A DNA stretch of 64,000 bases from Balanoglossus misakiensis (GCA_040954595.2 CM082582.2:7938063-8002062), one strand, 5' to 3'. Shown: positions 10,646-23,600, numbered from the stretch's first letter. Made by a program: numbers and translations. Notes: generated from the letters alone by a model not told the origin.

Positions 10646-11304
10646 AAAATGGCCAGTCTGTAGCTATTTCGCGGTGTCGCCCCAGCTCGAGCGGCTAGCG
10701 GACAGATTAAGTCCGTCTGTCCAGTTATCAATGCATAGCGAAACATAGCGAAACCTGCTAGTACTACGCCAACGGAGCCAGATGTACTGACGGTGTGTAA
10801 TTTGTAACACAACGTCACAGATTCGCTGAAATGTGACAGTGTGCGTTGTTTACACGGCGAGACTTGTCCCTTTCCTGGGACGTAGGTGATCGCCGTGGAA
10901 ACAACGCACACATTTCAAGCGACTGCGTGCAACGTCGGTACTGTGCAGTAAGGGTAGCAACGGAGGACTAATCCGAGTGTGCCGACATCGACAGCCCAAA
11001 CAGAAACTGTGACCTCGCAAGTACACACCCAGTCTAGCCTACAGGCTTCGGACAGCCGCCTCGATCGAACGGCTTATCCACGCAACGTTACGCGAACCTG
11101 CGGTCTAGCCGATGCGACATGCAACCGAGTTATCGGGGGATTGCTCTCAGGTTCCCTTTCCCAACGGAAAGTCTTCCTTACGGGGGTAGCCCACCACAAA
11201 GGCGAACGCGAAGTCGTACACCTTTATCCGAAACCGCCCGAGTCTGGTGGGATGGCTCCCCCTTGGCGTCGCAAACGGGGGTTCACATACAACACTGCCA
11301 GCCC
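10646..11304 (-). ncRNA. Candidate ~650-nt structured ncRNA of unknown family (Pol III-like signature) in the putative intron 1 of the ZNF341-like gene
   Basis: More than 10 hand-identified helices, several with G-U pairs only on the - strand; 5' GGCUGGCAGUGUUGUA can pair with 3' UACAGACUGGCC, which is followed by A-UUUU; no internal TTTT on -. Confidence 0.5.
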
Positions 11305-11469
11305 GAATTTCGCTCTGCCGACTGTTTTCGCCTATTAACTCGATGCGCTTGCCCTTAAATGAAGATTGTGTGATGAAAAGCAAAGAAATACATTTCGTGT
11401 GGCAATTTAAGTTGCACGGTGATATATTCCGTGCGCATTTTTCGTCAAAATTGATTAAAATATGTCTTT

Positions 11470-11570
11470 CTTACCTAATTTGGACGCCACGAAAGAGAAG
11501 GGAAGTCGCACCCTCTGCACACGGAACTTGCTCTGCACACGGTACGAAATGTAAGAGTGACGTCATCCAT
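11470..11570 (-). promoter_or_regulatory. Putative non-coding first exon/promoter of the ZNF341-like gene with tandem MRE motifs and a CRE
   Basis: Consensus donor AG|GTAAGA on - at 11476-11469; CTCTGCACACGG twice (11513-11524, 11531-11542); TGACGTCA at 11558-11565. Confidence 0.45.
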
Positions 11571-13866
11571 CGAGCGGGGAGTGCGTTCCCCGGGCACGTA
11601 CAAGACACAAGGACAAATGCATGGGATGGATGTAGTATTAGCATAGGCCTAATAAATAACTATTAAATATTATGGAGTGAAAATTGACAAGTAGTTAAAT
11701 GTTTACGAACCATTTGATTTTATTCATTGCTTGTTGATATACGAGAGGGTCACATTTATTAGAACTTTCACTTGCACCAGAGATCTGTTGGGATAGGCTC
11801 GACACAGTGAACTAGGCGGTCCAGGTCACGAATTTCGACAGTCCTCATTCGGCCAATTGACCGGCAGACACACACAGTTTCCCCAGAAATTCCCGTTTCA
11901 TTAACTTCAATTATATATATGATAGAGGGACTGTGATATTGCGCAGTGGCAACTGCCATCTCCCGTGCAAAAGAACCTGTTGAATGATAACCAAAGAGAT
12001 TGCGTCAGTAACGTATACCATGTAAATTTTACTGTCAATCATGCCATTGCCAACAAGGAAATAGTACTGTGTAGCATCCACAAAGTACGGTAAAGCTGCA
12101 ATGAATTGCGCCTGCGATGATTGCGTGCGTGACATAACACTACAGTCATGATTTTTTTTATTAGAGGGGAAGTAGATGTATAATAACATACATATGCCCA
12201 TTGTCCATACATGATTGAAAGGCGAATACAAGCTAGTCTTCTCCAAGTCGTGTGGCGGAGCTGTTGTCACGTTTACTCCAAAGTCAAATCTTTGATTCAC
12301 TTGCACTGACATCTATGGAGTTTACTCTACCATGAAGCTTCCACGATCTCACTTATGTACAGCTTGTATATGAGAAATCGAGGACTGTGTGCTTGTGTTC
12401 AATAACATCAACACAAACTAAAAGTGATTCTTTTTTTTATCACCAACAGAAATTGTTGTAAAATTTCGCGCGTTGAAATTCTTGATGCCAGGAATATGAA
12501 GGTACTTTTCAAGATACGATGTTGAAATGAATGTCAGTTAAAGATTGAAATTGGACTGAAATGCCCAGGTTTTCTACACTGATTTGACATATCGACGCTG
12601 ATAACAGTTCCCTTTATAAATGTGAAATTAACGAGAGAGGGAGTGAAACTGGATGATAGATTTGTGAAAAAAATAATGCGAAAAGATTACGTTTCTTCGG
12701 TCTTTTGATGCGGTTATAATCAGACTGTGTCTTGACAAAAGTCAACATATCCAGACGCGCTGTAGCCTATCATGCGAATATGAAGTACAAATCTCCTTTG
12801 CTAAATAATTCACGTGCTAGTTATTTTGGGAGACCTGTCGCCATTTGACACTTGACAATTCAAGATATCATGTGTGGGGGGGAAATCCATCTGTCAAATG
12901 TAAAATATTTATTGGGACACCCGGATATCACTGGTGACCATGCCCTCCTTTGAATGGAATAATTATGTATTTTTTATTGGCAGTGTTATCTCCCACGCCT
13001 GGTTATCTCTATGAAAGTGTGTACAGATCACTATCAACCGACTTCCTTTTCATGTATGGCAAACATACGGTACTTGTGTACAGGAAGGGATTGTCACAAA
13101 CACGCGGTTGTGCTTGTTTCGCCCGGCCCCGTCGAAAAGATACCCGACAAACTATAGGAGTACGAGAGTGTTAGAGGTGACAGCCACCGATTTTATTGTC
13201 ATGCTTTTGGAATTCTAGCGTTCCTGTCCAGAAAAATATCAAATATGAAAGGTCGGTCCGCGCGACCGCTGTAGTTTGATTAATAACACCATACAAATGT
13301 CCTGCATATAGTGACAGTCTTCCTTTTGGAACATGTATCACTTTTCACTTCAGTGCGCATGTGCGCAGAAAGTATCAGCCAATCTACTTCCAGCAAAATG
13401 CTTAAATCTGACATCCATAGCGCTCGCCCGCACCCCGGTGTTTAACCATAAAGCTCCGTGTTCTTGCGAGTCAGTCGAGAGATGTAGATAGCGTTACATT
13501 TTGAAAGACGCTATTGATCCACTGATCATGCACTTAGCGAAATCTGCGCCGATCCATTTGCTCCTATAACGTCTCCATCGTGTCATCGATTTAAAACCAG
13601 AACATGTGTTTTGTTTACTAATTACTTTGGAATTTCTGACCCAAACAACGACACGAGAATTCGTTCATCACGTACTTGTATGAAACATGGCACGGTATAG
13701 TTTTTGAATTTTGAGTGATTTGAATCCTTAATTAATACGACGCGTGTTGGTAGGGTATTTTATATGAATCATTTTACTGCATGTTCTTGAATATATTGCT
13801 AAGATTAGGCTCTATAACAAATTTTATTGAAAATAAAATGGACATAACAGATGTATGAAATCTATA

Positions 13867-13929
<63 letters not shown>
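13867..13929. repeat. (ATG)21 microsatellite
   Basis: Perfect trinucleotide run; explains the poly-Met ORF 13855-14331. Confidence 0.97.
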
Positions 13930-13932
<3 letters not shown>

Positions 13933-16900
13933 GACATTTGGGAGGTGGTGGTTGGGGTGGTGATAGCGGTCGTTGTGGCGCTAAAACATAAAGAAAATCG
14001 CAAGAGATTTTACTGTGGCACTAGATCAGCGCCAGTTTGTAAAGGTTGCAACTTACAAGCTATCACGAAACTTTCAAGATGTATAGCAAGTCAAAATATA
14101 GAGTTCGGCTTACTACAGAGGACCAGTCAATTTATTGGTAGGCCTATTGGTAGCCCGGTTCACATAAAGAATTATAATGCAAAGTTTGGTGCTATCTGCG
14201 TGGCCGACTTCAATCACAAAGATGCTCCCAGTACACCAGATATCAATCATAACCACAGAACCTCCAAAACGCCGCCAAATATAGGTGTCATAGATATACC
14301 ATTGTCTCTTTGTACCCATCTTTGCAGATAGCTATCACTCCCCGACGCTGATATTTCCTCCCCGACGCCCAACAGTTCAACAGCAAAGGGTATCGCAGGA
14401 AACTTCTATTATAGTACACGCAGCCGATGAATGCACCAGATATGAGGGCGTCCCTTTGTGCGGAATGCACTTTATACTAAATTATTAATCGCGGTTTATT
14501 CGATGGGATAGCGATATTTCCTGCACAATTCACCAGGAATTGAGGGTCGCGGGTCAGATCAACATCGTCCCAAATACGAGCATGGAACCATAAAGCCGGC
14601 TTATCTCTGATCCCAGTGCACGCTCAGTATACAGTCAGTGTTCGCTGCCAGTGATACTAAGCAGTAGAGTTTCGGAGCAACACCGGTGTATGACGTAAAA
14701 GTGTCACCAAACACAACGCCCACGATTCGCTCTTTGTTTGATTTTGTTTCAATTGAAAGAATAATGTAGAAACCTGATATCAGACAGGATTTTATCAGAA
14801 TGGGAACGTCACATTGTATATGACCGCAATAATTATCTAACTATAGGGGAATTGTGCAGCAAAGGGGCAAAAATGTCAGGAAAAAGATAATAAAAACGGT
14901 GAGAAAAGACAAGCGGGGCGCGATGCACGCTTAACATGCAAGCCAGGCTACAGAAACGATTATATATAATATACCCCCAGAGTGAGATCTCCATTCAATG
15001 TTATCATTGTCTATGTGAAATATATCGCCCATGTAGATTTGTGATTTGGCTTTTGCTCCACATCTCGTGGGAATCACGGAGCCAAATTACTCAATTAATT
15101 AATGAGGGGGATGGGTGTGAGCCTCGGCTAACTATTCTCGGCGGGCCGAATCATTCAAAATACCGGGCTATCGCGCCGGGGCCCGGGCAGAATTATATCG
15201 GAGTGCCGAATAACAAAAAAGAACGATATCGTGTCTCGCTGTGTGAGACGCGGCATTTGCCCGCAGAATGATATCACGGCGATATGTCATGTGATACAAA
15301 GCGGCCTCGTTCCGTTCTCCCCCAATAAATTATTCAGCGAGTCTTTAGATCGGGCGGCTCTTGGGTAAAAAGGATATGTGAGTGGCGACTCGTTCTTTTC
15401 CTCGTATTCTCCGTTCTGGCGAGATAAAGTGTTATCGCCGAGCAGACAGTCAAATTGAAGTTACTTTATTCTTTCCATCATCTCGAAGACCCCCTTCTTA
15501 TCTCAGTCACTCTAGTTCGTCGAGTCCATGTCTCTATCAGATGGCTGACGTCAGAGACTTGTATGTATGTTCTCACCCTTCGCGTTCTATGCCAGAATCG
15601 CAAAAAAAAAAAAAAAAAATCGAGCAACTCCGCAAGCCTTCATGAAATATATATCTCTTGCTTGTATTATTAAAGCTTACCTTGTCTGTCGCCCGAAGCA
15701 GAGACGAATGTACAACGTGAAACTGAGAGTCGTCTTCAGCCTCACGGTTTTTTTGTATCTTGGCGAGTAATCTGTGCGTGTGTTAAGAGGACTTAGTCGT
15801 GTCTAACATTAATGTTTGAGATACCGGGGAATTATTCACTGAATGTGACAACATTTAATTTACTCAATAAACGATCGAAAATGTTTCATTAAAAGACTGA
15901 GACAGAAAGAGAGAGAGGGAGAGACAGACAGACAGGCAGACAGACAAACGGAACAATATCTAAATTTAAGATGTGTATAGTGAATAGAAGTATGTACAGT
16001 AATTGTATGTAGATTCGATTATCATTACTTTCATAAAACTGAAGGCGACATTTATCTCATCCAGCATCGACCCTGAACTTGCAGAAATCTTAACTCTATA
16101 CAGCGTTTAGCCGTGACGAGAAACGGGAAGTATTCGATGATATATGTCGACGTGTGCCGCATCCCGTCATAGGTCTTGATTCCTGAAATGCACGAAAACC
16201 ATCTAAGCTCGCGTTTTGATCACAACAATCGAAAACGGCTTTATATATAACCGATCGGCGGTTTTAGAAACCACCAAATAATGTTCAATAACGGACACCA
16301 ACTAGACAAAATATTTTTCAAGACATTTCTCTGCTATCTGCGTGTCTGAGAGTGTATTGTAGGTAAAACGAGTGATGTATTGCATTTTGCGATATTCTGA
16401 CTGTCAAAGGCGACTCATCCGCGGTACTCTTCTTCGAGCCGTCGACCGCTGCCGACGGCTTACGAAAACACACAGACACATGTAACACGCCGGCTTTGGG
16501 GATCGTGCATGCCCGGGATTTGAATAAAAGGAAAATGATAGATTCTTAAAATTTTGATGACCTGAAGATTAATGTGGAATTGGGTATCTCCAGGAGAGAG
16601 CTGATATAGGGTACGGTTCAATTGATGCATGGGTGATGTGTTTTTGCCAGTCCGTTGACTTCGCAACGGTAATAATGGGAGCGATAAGTGATTGGAGAAA
16701 AAAAGGGTCCTCATTTACATGACAAGTATATTATCAGGCAGGTAAATTAGTGAAGCCGGGGCAAGTTGTGATTCCCTTAATGGAATTTTCTTTTATATTA
16801 TGTGATAAGGCGCCTCCCTTATCAAAAATAATGAATTTTATCGAAGGAGGCAGAGTCAGCCCGACGTATAGTTCATCTCAAAATAAGATACAGGGACGGC

Positions 16901-17117
16901 AGCGACAGAGAATTCAACGCACGTCCGACACAATACAGTATTAATTTAATTTAAACAACTTAAATGGGGACTTGTGTATCAGACGCGTCCGGGTATTACG
17001 CACGGACCGAATGAAGATTTCCACGTCATCAGATATATGTACACAAATGTGACAGCGTGTGAAGCTTAGCAGCTCGATCTACACGTGAATAGTACGATGT
17101 GACGTGAGAAAGGGGGG

Positions 17118-17120
<3 letters not shown>

Positions 17121-17193
<73 letters not shown>

Positions 17194-17206
17194 AAAGAGA
17201 GAGAGA
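17121..17206. repeat. (AG)n microsatellite
   Basis: Pure AG run 17121-17182, imperfect to about 17206. Confidence 0.97.
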
Positions 17207-20199
17207 ATAGACAGACAGAGACATAGATAGGATGAGCAAACTTGTATTTTATGGGAATCGAAGTATTTGTTTGTAATAATTACATTGGTATCGCAATGCT
17301 GACACCTTGATAATTGTGCTGTTTTTATCTAATTAATTGGTATTTGCATTTAGCTAATGCTATGGGGAAGCAGTATGTCGTTTTACACGGGCAAAATGGT
17401 TATTTTCTATCGCGCTTTAGTCTAATCTTTTTTTGAAGGCAATGCCAGCTGAATTTTACGGTTCATGCCAGAACCCGTATGTTTCAAAAAGCAACCCTGT
17501 ATGCATGTTTCCGTTCACCTCGGATCTCTCTGCGGCTAGCCCTCAAAATCACCCGTGGCCATTCCTACTTATCTCTATATCATGAACACAAATTAAGGCA
17601 GACAAGGCCATTATCCCATCTAACATTCAACTTGACCTTGTTTCGTCATTGATCGTAATCTCGGATTTAGTCATGCTACGCCTTGGGGAGACACGATGTA
17701 AAAGATTGGCAAACTTTTAGTGCTACTCTTTTCTAGAAATCTTGGATTGGTCCTACATTGATAACTCTTCTTGGAGAAATGATTAGTAAATGCAGAAATC
17801 GCAGTTTGTGGTATTATTTTTTCGGACGAGATGTTTCCAAAGTTAGTGGTGTGTTTTCGGAGTATAAAGTCGTCCTTGCTATTATACAGGAAGTATCCAT
17901 AGAAAAGAGCGCCCTCCGGGCTGCACGTTCAGTTGACCCATGTTCACAATTGACAAACAAGTTATATCACAGTCCCTCAAGACGCCTGTCTCCCTCTCTC
18001 TATCTCTCCCAACCTTGCCCTTGTAAGCGCAAGTCCTTGCCCTCCCCTCTCTCGCTTAAAGAGGCGAGGACTACGGAAGTAAAGACCATGGCGAAAGGGT
18101 AAAAAGACAGGGCGCATCTCTACACATGATTTCAATCAGATTGCTCCGGAAATATTTGATCTTGCACTCGTCCGCTCTTGTTCCTTGTAGCTCCATGTAT
18201 GAACCTTGCAAACAACAAACGTGTCAACAGATAAAGATTATGACGTACCCTCGCAGTCCTTCCAACACGGAACTGTTAAACTAAAATAAAAATCCGTCAG
18301 TCGGGTTCATTTCAATATTGACTCAATTTGTCATACAAATCGATGCCTAGTTTTGAGTCTTGAATCTTAATCTTTGATAAAATCAATCATACTTGTCGAC
18401 GTTGGCTCCAAGACGGGCAACCATCTTTATATTCAGGGTTACCGTCCTTCTGCACAAAAAGGACAGGCAGTTACTTACAAATTGGGTATTTTTGTGAAAG
18501 AAGGATATGGAGTATGGCAGTCGTATGGTTAATTGTGAATGCAAAAATGCAGTTGCAATTTTCCGATTTAGAAGGTCAAGAGGTCACACAGCAACCCAAA
18601 TGTCGTAAAAATGTTTATCTACTACAGTGTGAACTGATAGAAAAAGACATTTAGATTACTAAAAAACTTTGATGAATGTCACGTGGCCATGCAGGAGCCG
18701 CGCAATTTGACGTCAAAGAGTCGCGTTTCCAAGACTTTTCAAAGAGATTTCAGATTTCCAACAAAGTGTAACGTACAAAATAAATTACGCGTATAATGTG
18801 GGGTTAATATAATAACATTGGAAAATCAAATGTTGATATTTTCATGTAGATTAAGGCCCTGGCAAAAATATAGGCGAAAGACCGGCTTCCCGAATGGTAA
18901 TATATGTATGTATGTATCTTCCTTAGAGCAACCCACATTCGTGGCCTATATAACTATTATTCGGATAAAAATGTAAGATTTTTTTCTGTGTTCAAGTGGA
19001 GATATATCGAAAACAGGCAGCTGTCAGAATAGTATCCAGTTTTCATCAAACACTCTCTCGATCCGTGCACGCACGGCATCTTACCAGTCATTAGGCCTCG
19101 CTGGCTCAGATAGGAGATAGACACTGTCTAGATCGATTCCACTCGATAAACTTGCGTGTGGCCTTTCGAGATGTTTGCCGTACACTGCTCGCCGTGGCTG
19201 GCATTATTGATGCAAACGGTTGGGAAAGTGATTTTTTCAGCCGCTCTTTTTTTTATCGGGATCTGCGAAGAATTTGTGTGACATTTTGGATGTGTATCTC
19301 GTGTTCGGGTTCATTTCGCCAGAGCCTGGCATCTTAGCACGTACATAGTCAAGTAATTTACTTTGATGGTATCGGCGAATAGAAAGCGTCACGCTAGCAC
19401 GGCGATGATATCTATCACAACCCCTATACTAGATTAAGTAATGATTGTGACAGTCGCTGAACGCTATCGCCCCATCGCGGGGAGAGGGGTTTAGATCGCG
19501 TAACATTCCGGAAATGTTTTAACGCATTAAATTAATTTTTTCTTAATTAAAATGTACGCTAACGTATAAAATTCAGCGAATGATTTAATTTCAGGTGAAA
19601 AAATGCAGACTTTAGTTTTGAGTTAGAAATTGTGCCGCGTGGAAATGCTGACAATCTGTGTTAGCATGGAATTAATTGGACTATCTGTATCTGTCGATTT
19701 CTGTTAGCGTGGTCTGTCATTCCGTATATTTCGTTACAACATGACAACTTCCGAAAAAAGCCGGTAACAGCAATGCACTCAAGTCGGCCGGCTTACCATG
19801 TCTTGGGCGGTATATTTACATTGGCCAAAAGTCACATTATCTCACGCAAAGGACACACGACTATCCTATTCAAAGGAAACGGTGAAGAAACATTAAAATT
19901 TGAGGAGCGCGCTATATTTCGAGACCGATATACCAAAGATTACGCATTCGATGGCTATCATTTGAGAACCCTTATATACATCACATGCACACGCACAAAA
20001 TGGAGCGCAGTTATATGTTGAGGCTGGTTTTCAAGTCGAAACTACACAAACTACGAAAAAACATGATGCTGGAGATGTTCTGTGCGCGAGATAAGCCAGC
20101 GACTATCAGAAAGTGTACCTACCATGTGACCGATAATAGCTTTGATGGGTATCACCTTGCACACAGCGCATTACAATACGTCACTGCGCTTTACTGACA

Positions 20200-20560
20200 C
20201 GCGTTTATAAATGAGGACTATCGCGGGGAAGTATGGAATCAAGCTTTATTGCAATCTTTCCTCTGTATGACGAATTGGCAGATGGGTGATAACTAAACCA
20301 TTAGAGGACTTTTTTCTTGGGTTCTCCCATTGATCATTAATATGCGCGAAGCCCGCGATAAACTAGTGATACCGGGACTGTTTCGAGTACTTCAAACTTT
20401 GAGTGAAAAGTTTCAGAATCGTTCAGAACGAGGCCAGCTCCGCCCTTGAGAAATGTGCGCACCGCTACTGCGCACCAGCTTTGTTATCGTCTGCACCAAC
20501 CTCAGCTAGCTGACAGCACACACACACACTACGAATGACCAGTGTTAGTGAACGGCCGAA
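20200..20560 (+). promoter_or_regulatory. Putative FOG/ZFPM promoter and 5' UTR
   Basis: TATAAA at 20206-20211 in a CpG-rich region with several GATA-like motifs, upstream of the MSRRKQ ATG. Confidence 0.4.
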
Positions 20561-20600
20561 ATGTCACGTCGAAAGCAGTTAAATCCGAAGCCGCTGAAAC
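20561..20600 (+). CDS. ZFPM: ZFPM/FOG exon 1 (MSRRKQLNPKPLK, NuRD-interaction motif)
   Basis: 40-nt coding exon ending C|gtgagt; motif shared by FOG, SALL and BCL11 N-termini. Confidence 0.9.
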
Positions 20601-23600
20601 GTGAGTATCGCCAACTATTCAGCTAGTTTTCCCCGATACCTGGTGTTTGTTTTTCGGGTGTTTTTACTTAGAAAACGGCGACAGTGTTGCGAGTGTTGTT
20701 GATAGATGTAATCGCTTCACGTTGAAAAATTGTACATATGAACAAATTTCGACTGCTATTTTGAGCGCTTGGCGGGAAAGCCGAGTGAACTGAAACTGGA
20801 CAAAAACACACGTCTTCGCCCGAATTAATTTCTTTGCTTCATTAACGAAATGTGCACAAGGTTAGCATGCCGTGTCAGATTTCGGAACGGCGCGTTTGTC
20901 AGTAAAGGGGCGATGTTTACTGGCAGCTTCTGCCCTATATCCTGTTGAGGCGAACTCTGCTATCGAACAAGATGGATGTCAACTTTCACTAGATCCAGTC
21001 GGGAGTTAAAATTCGGAAGAAAATGGTGGATTGCAGCCAAATACAGACACGGAGACCAGTGGACCGAGGAAAAGATAAGAACAGAAACGTCAGTTTGCTG
21101 ATAATTTCAGATGCATAGCGTGTCACGGGGCGTCCTCAGATTTTCAGAATTGATAACACAAAAAGATCCATTTGGCGATAAGGAGGGCGAAGTGTTATCA
21201 TATGGATTTTAAGAGGCCTCTAGGAGGGACTTACAATAACCAATGCAAGCTCCAAACCAGCGCAAGAAACCAGAGAAAATTCACGGAAAAGTGATGGCAG
21301 ATAAATATGAAGGAAAAAAAGTGATGTGATCTTCGGGTCGCGCAATTTCCACGGTTCAAGAAGCATTGAAAAAAGGGTAAAGTGTCACTACTAAAAAGTC
21401 AACTTTAGTTTCCATCTCTGAACAGATTCTATCGGGCGTATGAAAACTTCTGGGACCGAGTCAACTTTTCCCTCTTATCCGATGGCCATGGAACTTCGGG
21501 GAATAATTAGATAAAAAGAAAACCCCACTAGGGATTAATTTTGGCGATCGTTTGTCATTCTGGTCTTGTTTGCATGCGGCCGTGGTCTCCTTGTCGATTC
21601 CCCGCCGATACGGACTCGCTGCACTGCAAGTGAGATGTAGGGGAAACGGTGAACGCCTCCCCTTCAAAAGCCGCCGGCCGATACGGCGCATTGAAAGAAC
21701 GTTCAATACAAACATAATTACTTCCAAAGAATTTCCAAGTAATAACAGTTTAACAGGGCGAAACGCGAATACTTACGCCAGCTATTTTTTTCTGGTGCAA
21801 GTACCTGAGTGTGCGTGGGGCTTATTCCAAATCGACCTCGGAAGTCAATGCGTTAAATCAACAAACACGGGGAAAAGCGCGTAAAAACGCTCCGCTAGAA
21901 CTTCCGTGTTCTTGTCTACGTGATTCTATTCAAGCCGTTCATTTGCGAAGATCCTCGTAATTTGTGAAAAGTGACGCAAATCTTGTCTTTAGCACCCATC
22001 AATTTGTTTACTTTGTTTCAGTCTTCTACGGCAACTTACTTTTTTTCCACTTTTCTTAAACTTAATTTACATTTATTTAAATACTTTAATTTACATTTAT
22101 TTAAATACTTTACAAGAAATTACATATGCATTTCCTTCTTGCAGATATTTTCTAGCATGTGTTTCTGTAACAGTTGTTTAACTAATGGAAAGTCATCAAT
22201 GCAGAAATGATATAACAGATGTCTAAACCAGTTTAATCTGCAGTACTGGTAAAATAGTTAATAAAATGACTACTTTCCATTTAGCTTTAAAAATCATACC
22301 ACCATAAGAATGGCAATAAACTTACTGCCATTTTAATATCATTAATCATGTATTTCATATTGTATATCTACTTTCACTTCTCTGAGCCAGTTATTAATTA
22401 TGTTGTAAAGTATTTTTTACCAGGTTATTTGTTCAGTTTAAATATTAACATTGTTTCATATCCTTTTTACATCACTTTTCCACCAACATGACATTGTGTC
22501 ATCTAAGCCAGTATGTGAAAAAGTACTGTCAACAAGTCTGTAGCAGTGTCTCGAAGCATAAGGTGCTGCATAATTACTTCTATAAACTTGTACTTTTTAA
22601 TTCCTAATACTTAGGAAAAATACAGAAAAGTTCTTGGAAAGTTGTAGAATTATGGTAACAAGTCGTTATGTTACCCTATTCAGCTGTACGTAGCTCTTTG
22701 GTGAGCTGTGGTCACTGCTTGTAATATACTGGATGGCAATATTGGCATGTTAAGTGTTTAATAAATGCCAAATGACATCATTTCACCTTAAGTATCTCTG
22801 ATTGTTATATTTATTTAAGAAAGTGGCATGTGTGGATTTATAAAATATAGTACTACCTTGAAACACATAAAAAGTGGGTTTTCCCATTAGAAATATACAT
22901 TTTAAACCAAAGCAACCTTTTCTTGTGCTGTGACATCCTAATAGTCATGTGAGTGACGAAAGGCAAAGTTTTAGCCCCATGCATTTAAACATTGATCAGA
23001 ATACATCAGGTACAACCCTTGCATTAAACAACCCCCCTGAATTACCTGCGGTATGAATACCTGATGTTATACATTCAAGACACTATGGTTAAGTAGGTTT
23101 CAGATGTCCAAGAGTGACCTTTTTCTCAGTTGGAGTGCATGCCTCGGGATTCTCCCGGCATAAGTTGCAGAAGCTGTATTAATGGCATGCAGACACTGCT
23201 TGCAGGGATTCGAGAAAACGGATATGGTAATATTCTGAAAACCACAATGTAGAAATGTGCATTACTTTATACTTATAGGCTAGTCTTATAAACCAATGAT
23301 ATTTTCACGTTCAGTGATATTTACGTATGTTTTATATTGTGTTTTGTTTCTTTAAAAGAGGATTTTTTCTATTTTGTTTAGATATAAATTAATTTAAAGT
23401 AAACAACTCTGTTCAACTCTGAGACTGGTACAAGGAGTTATTTTGTTTTGGTATATTTAATGATTGTTAGTAAAAAAATATATGAAATCTTTGTTAATCT
23501 GAGACTACCAATTGTACAAGGAATTGTCATCTCTTTAATACCAAATCATCAAGACAACCAGGAAATATTTGATAATTGTCAGTATGTCGTTACAAGTACA

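Noticed and set aside
10646-11304. Assignment of the structured island to telomerase RNA, RNase P/MRP, 7SK, SRP, vault/Y RNA or a group I/II intron
   Set aside because: No CUAACCC template, no P4 pairing partners, no GGAUGUG start, no SRP helix 8, no A/B boxes or Ro60 site, and only partial chance-level P7 or domain-V resemblance.
10979-11666. ORFs of 78-139 aa over the GC-rich island
   Set aside because: Expected from high GC; no recognisable domains or exon boundaries.
13855-14331. 158-aa ORF with a poly-Met tract
   Set aside because: Produced by an (ATG)n microsatellite; no splice or homology support.
10148-20600. ZNF and FOG first coding exons both 40 nt and phase 1
   Set aside because: No sequence similarity; coincidence.
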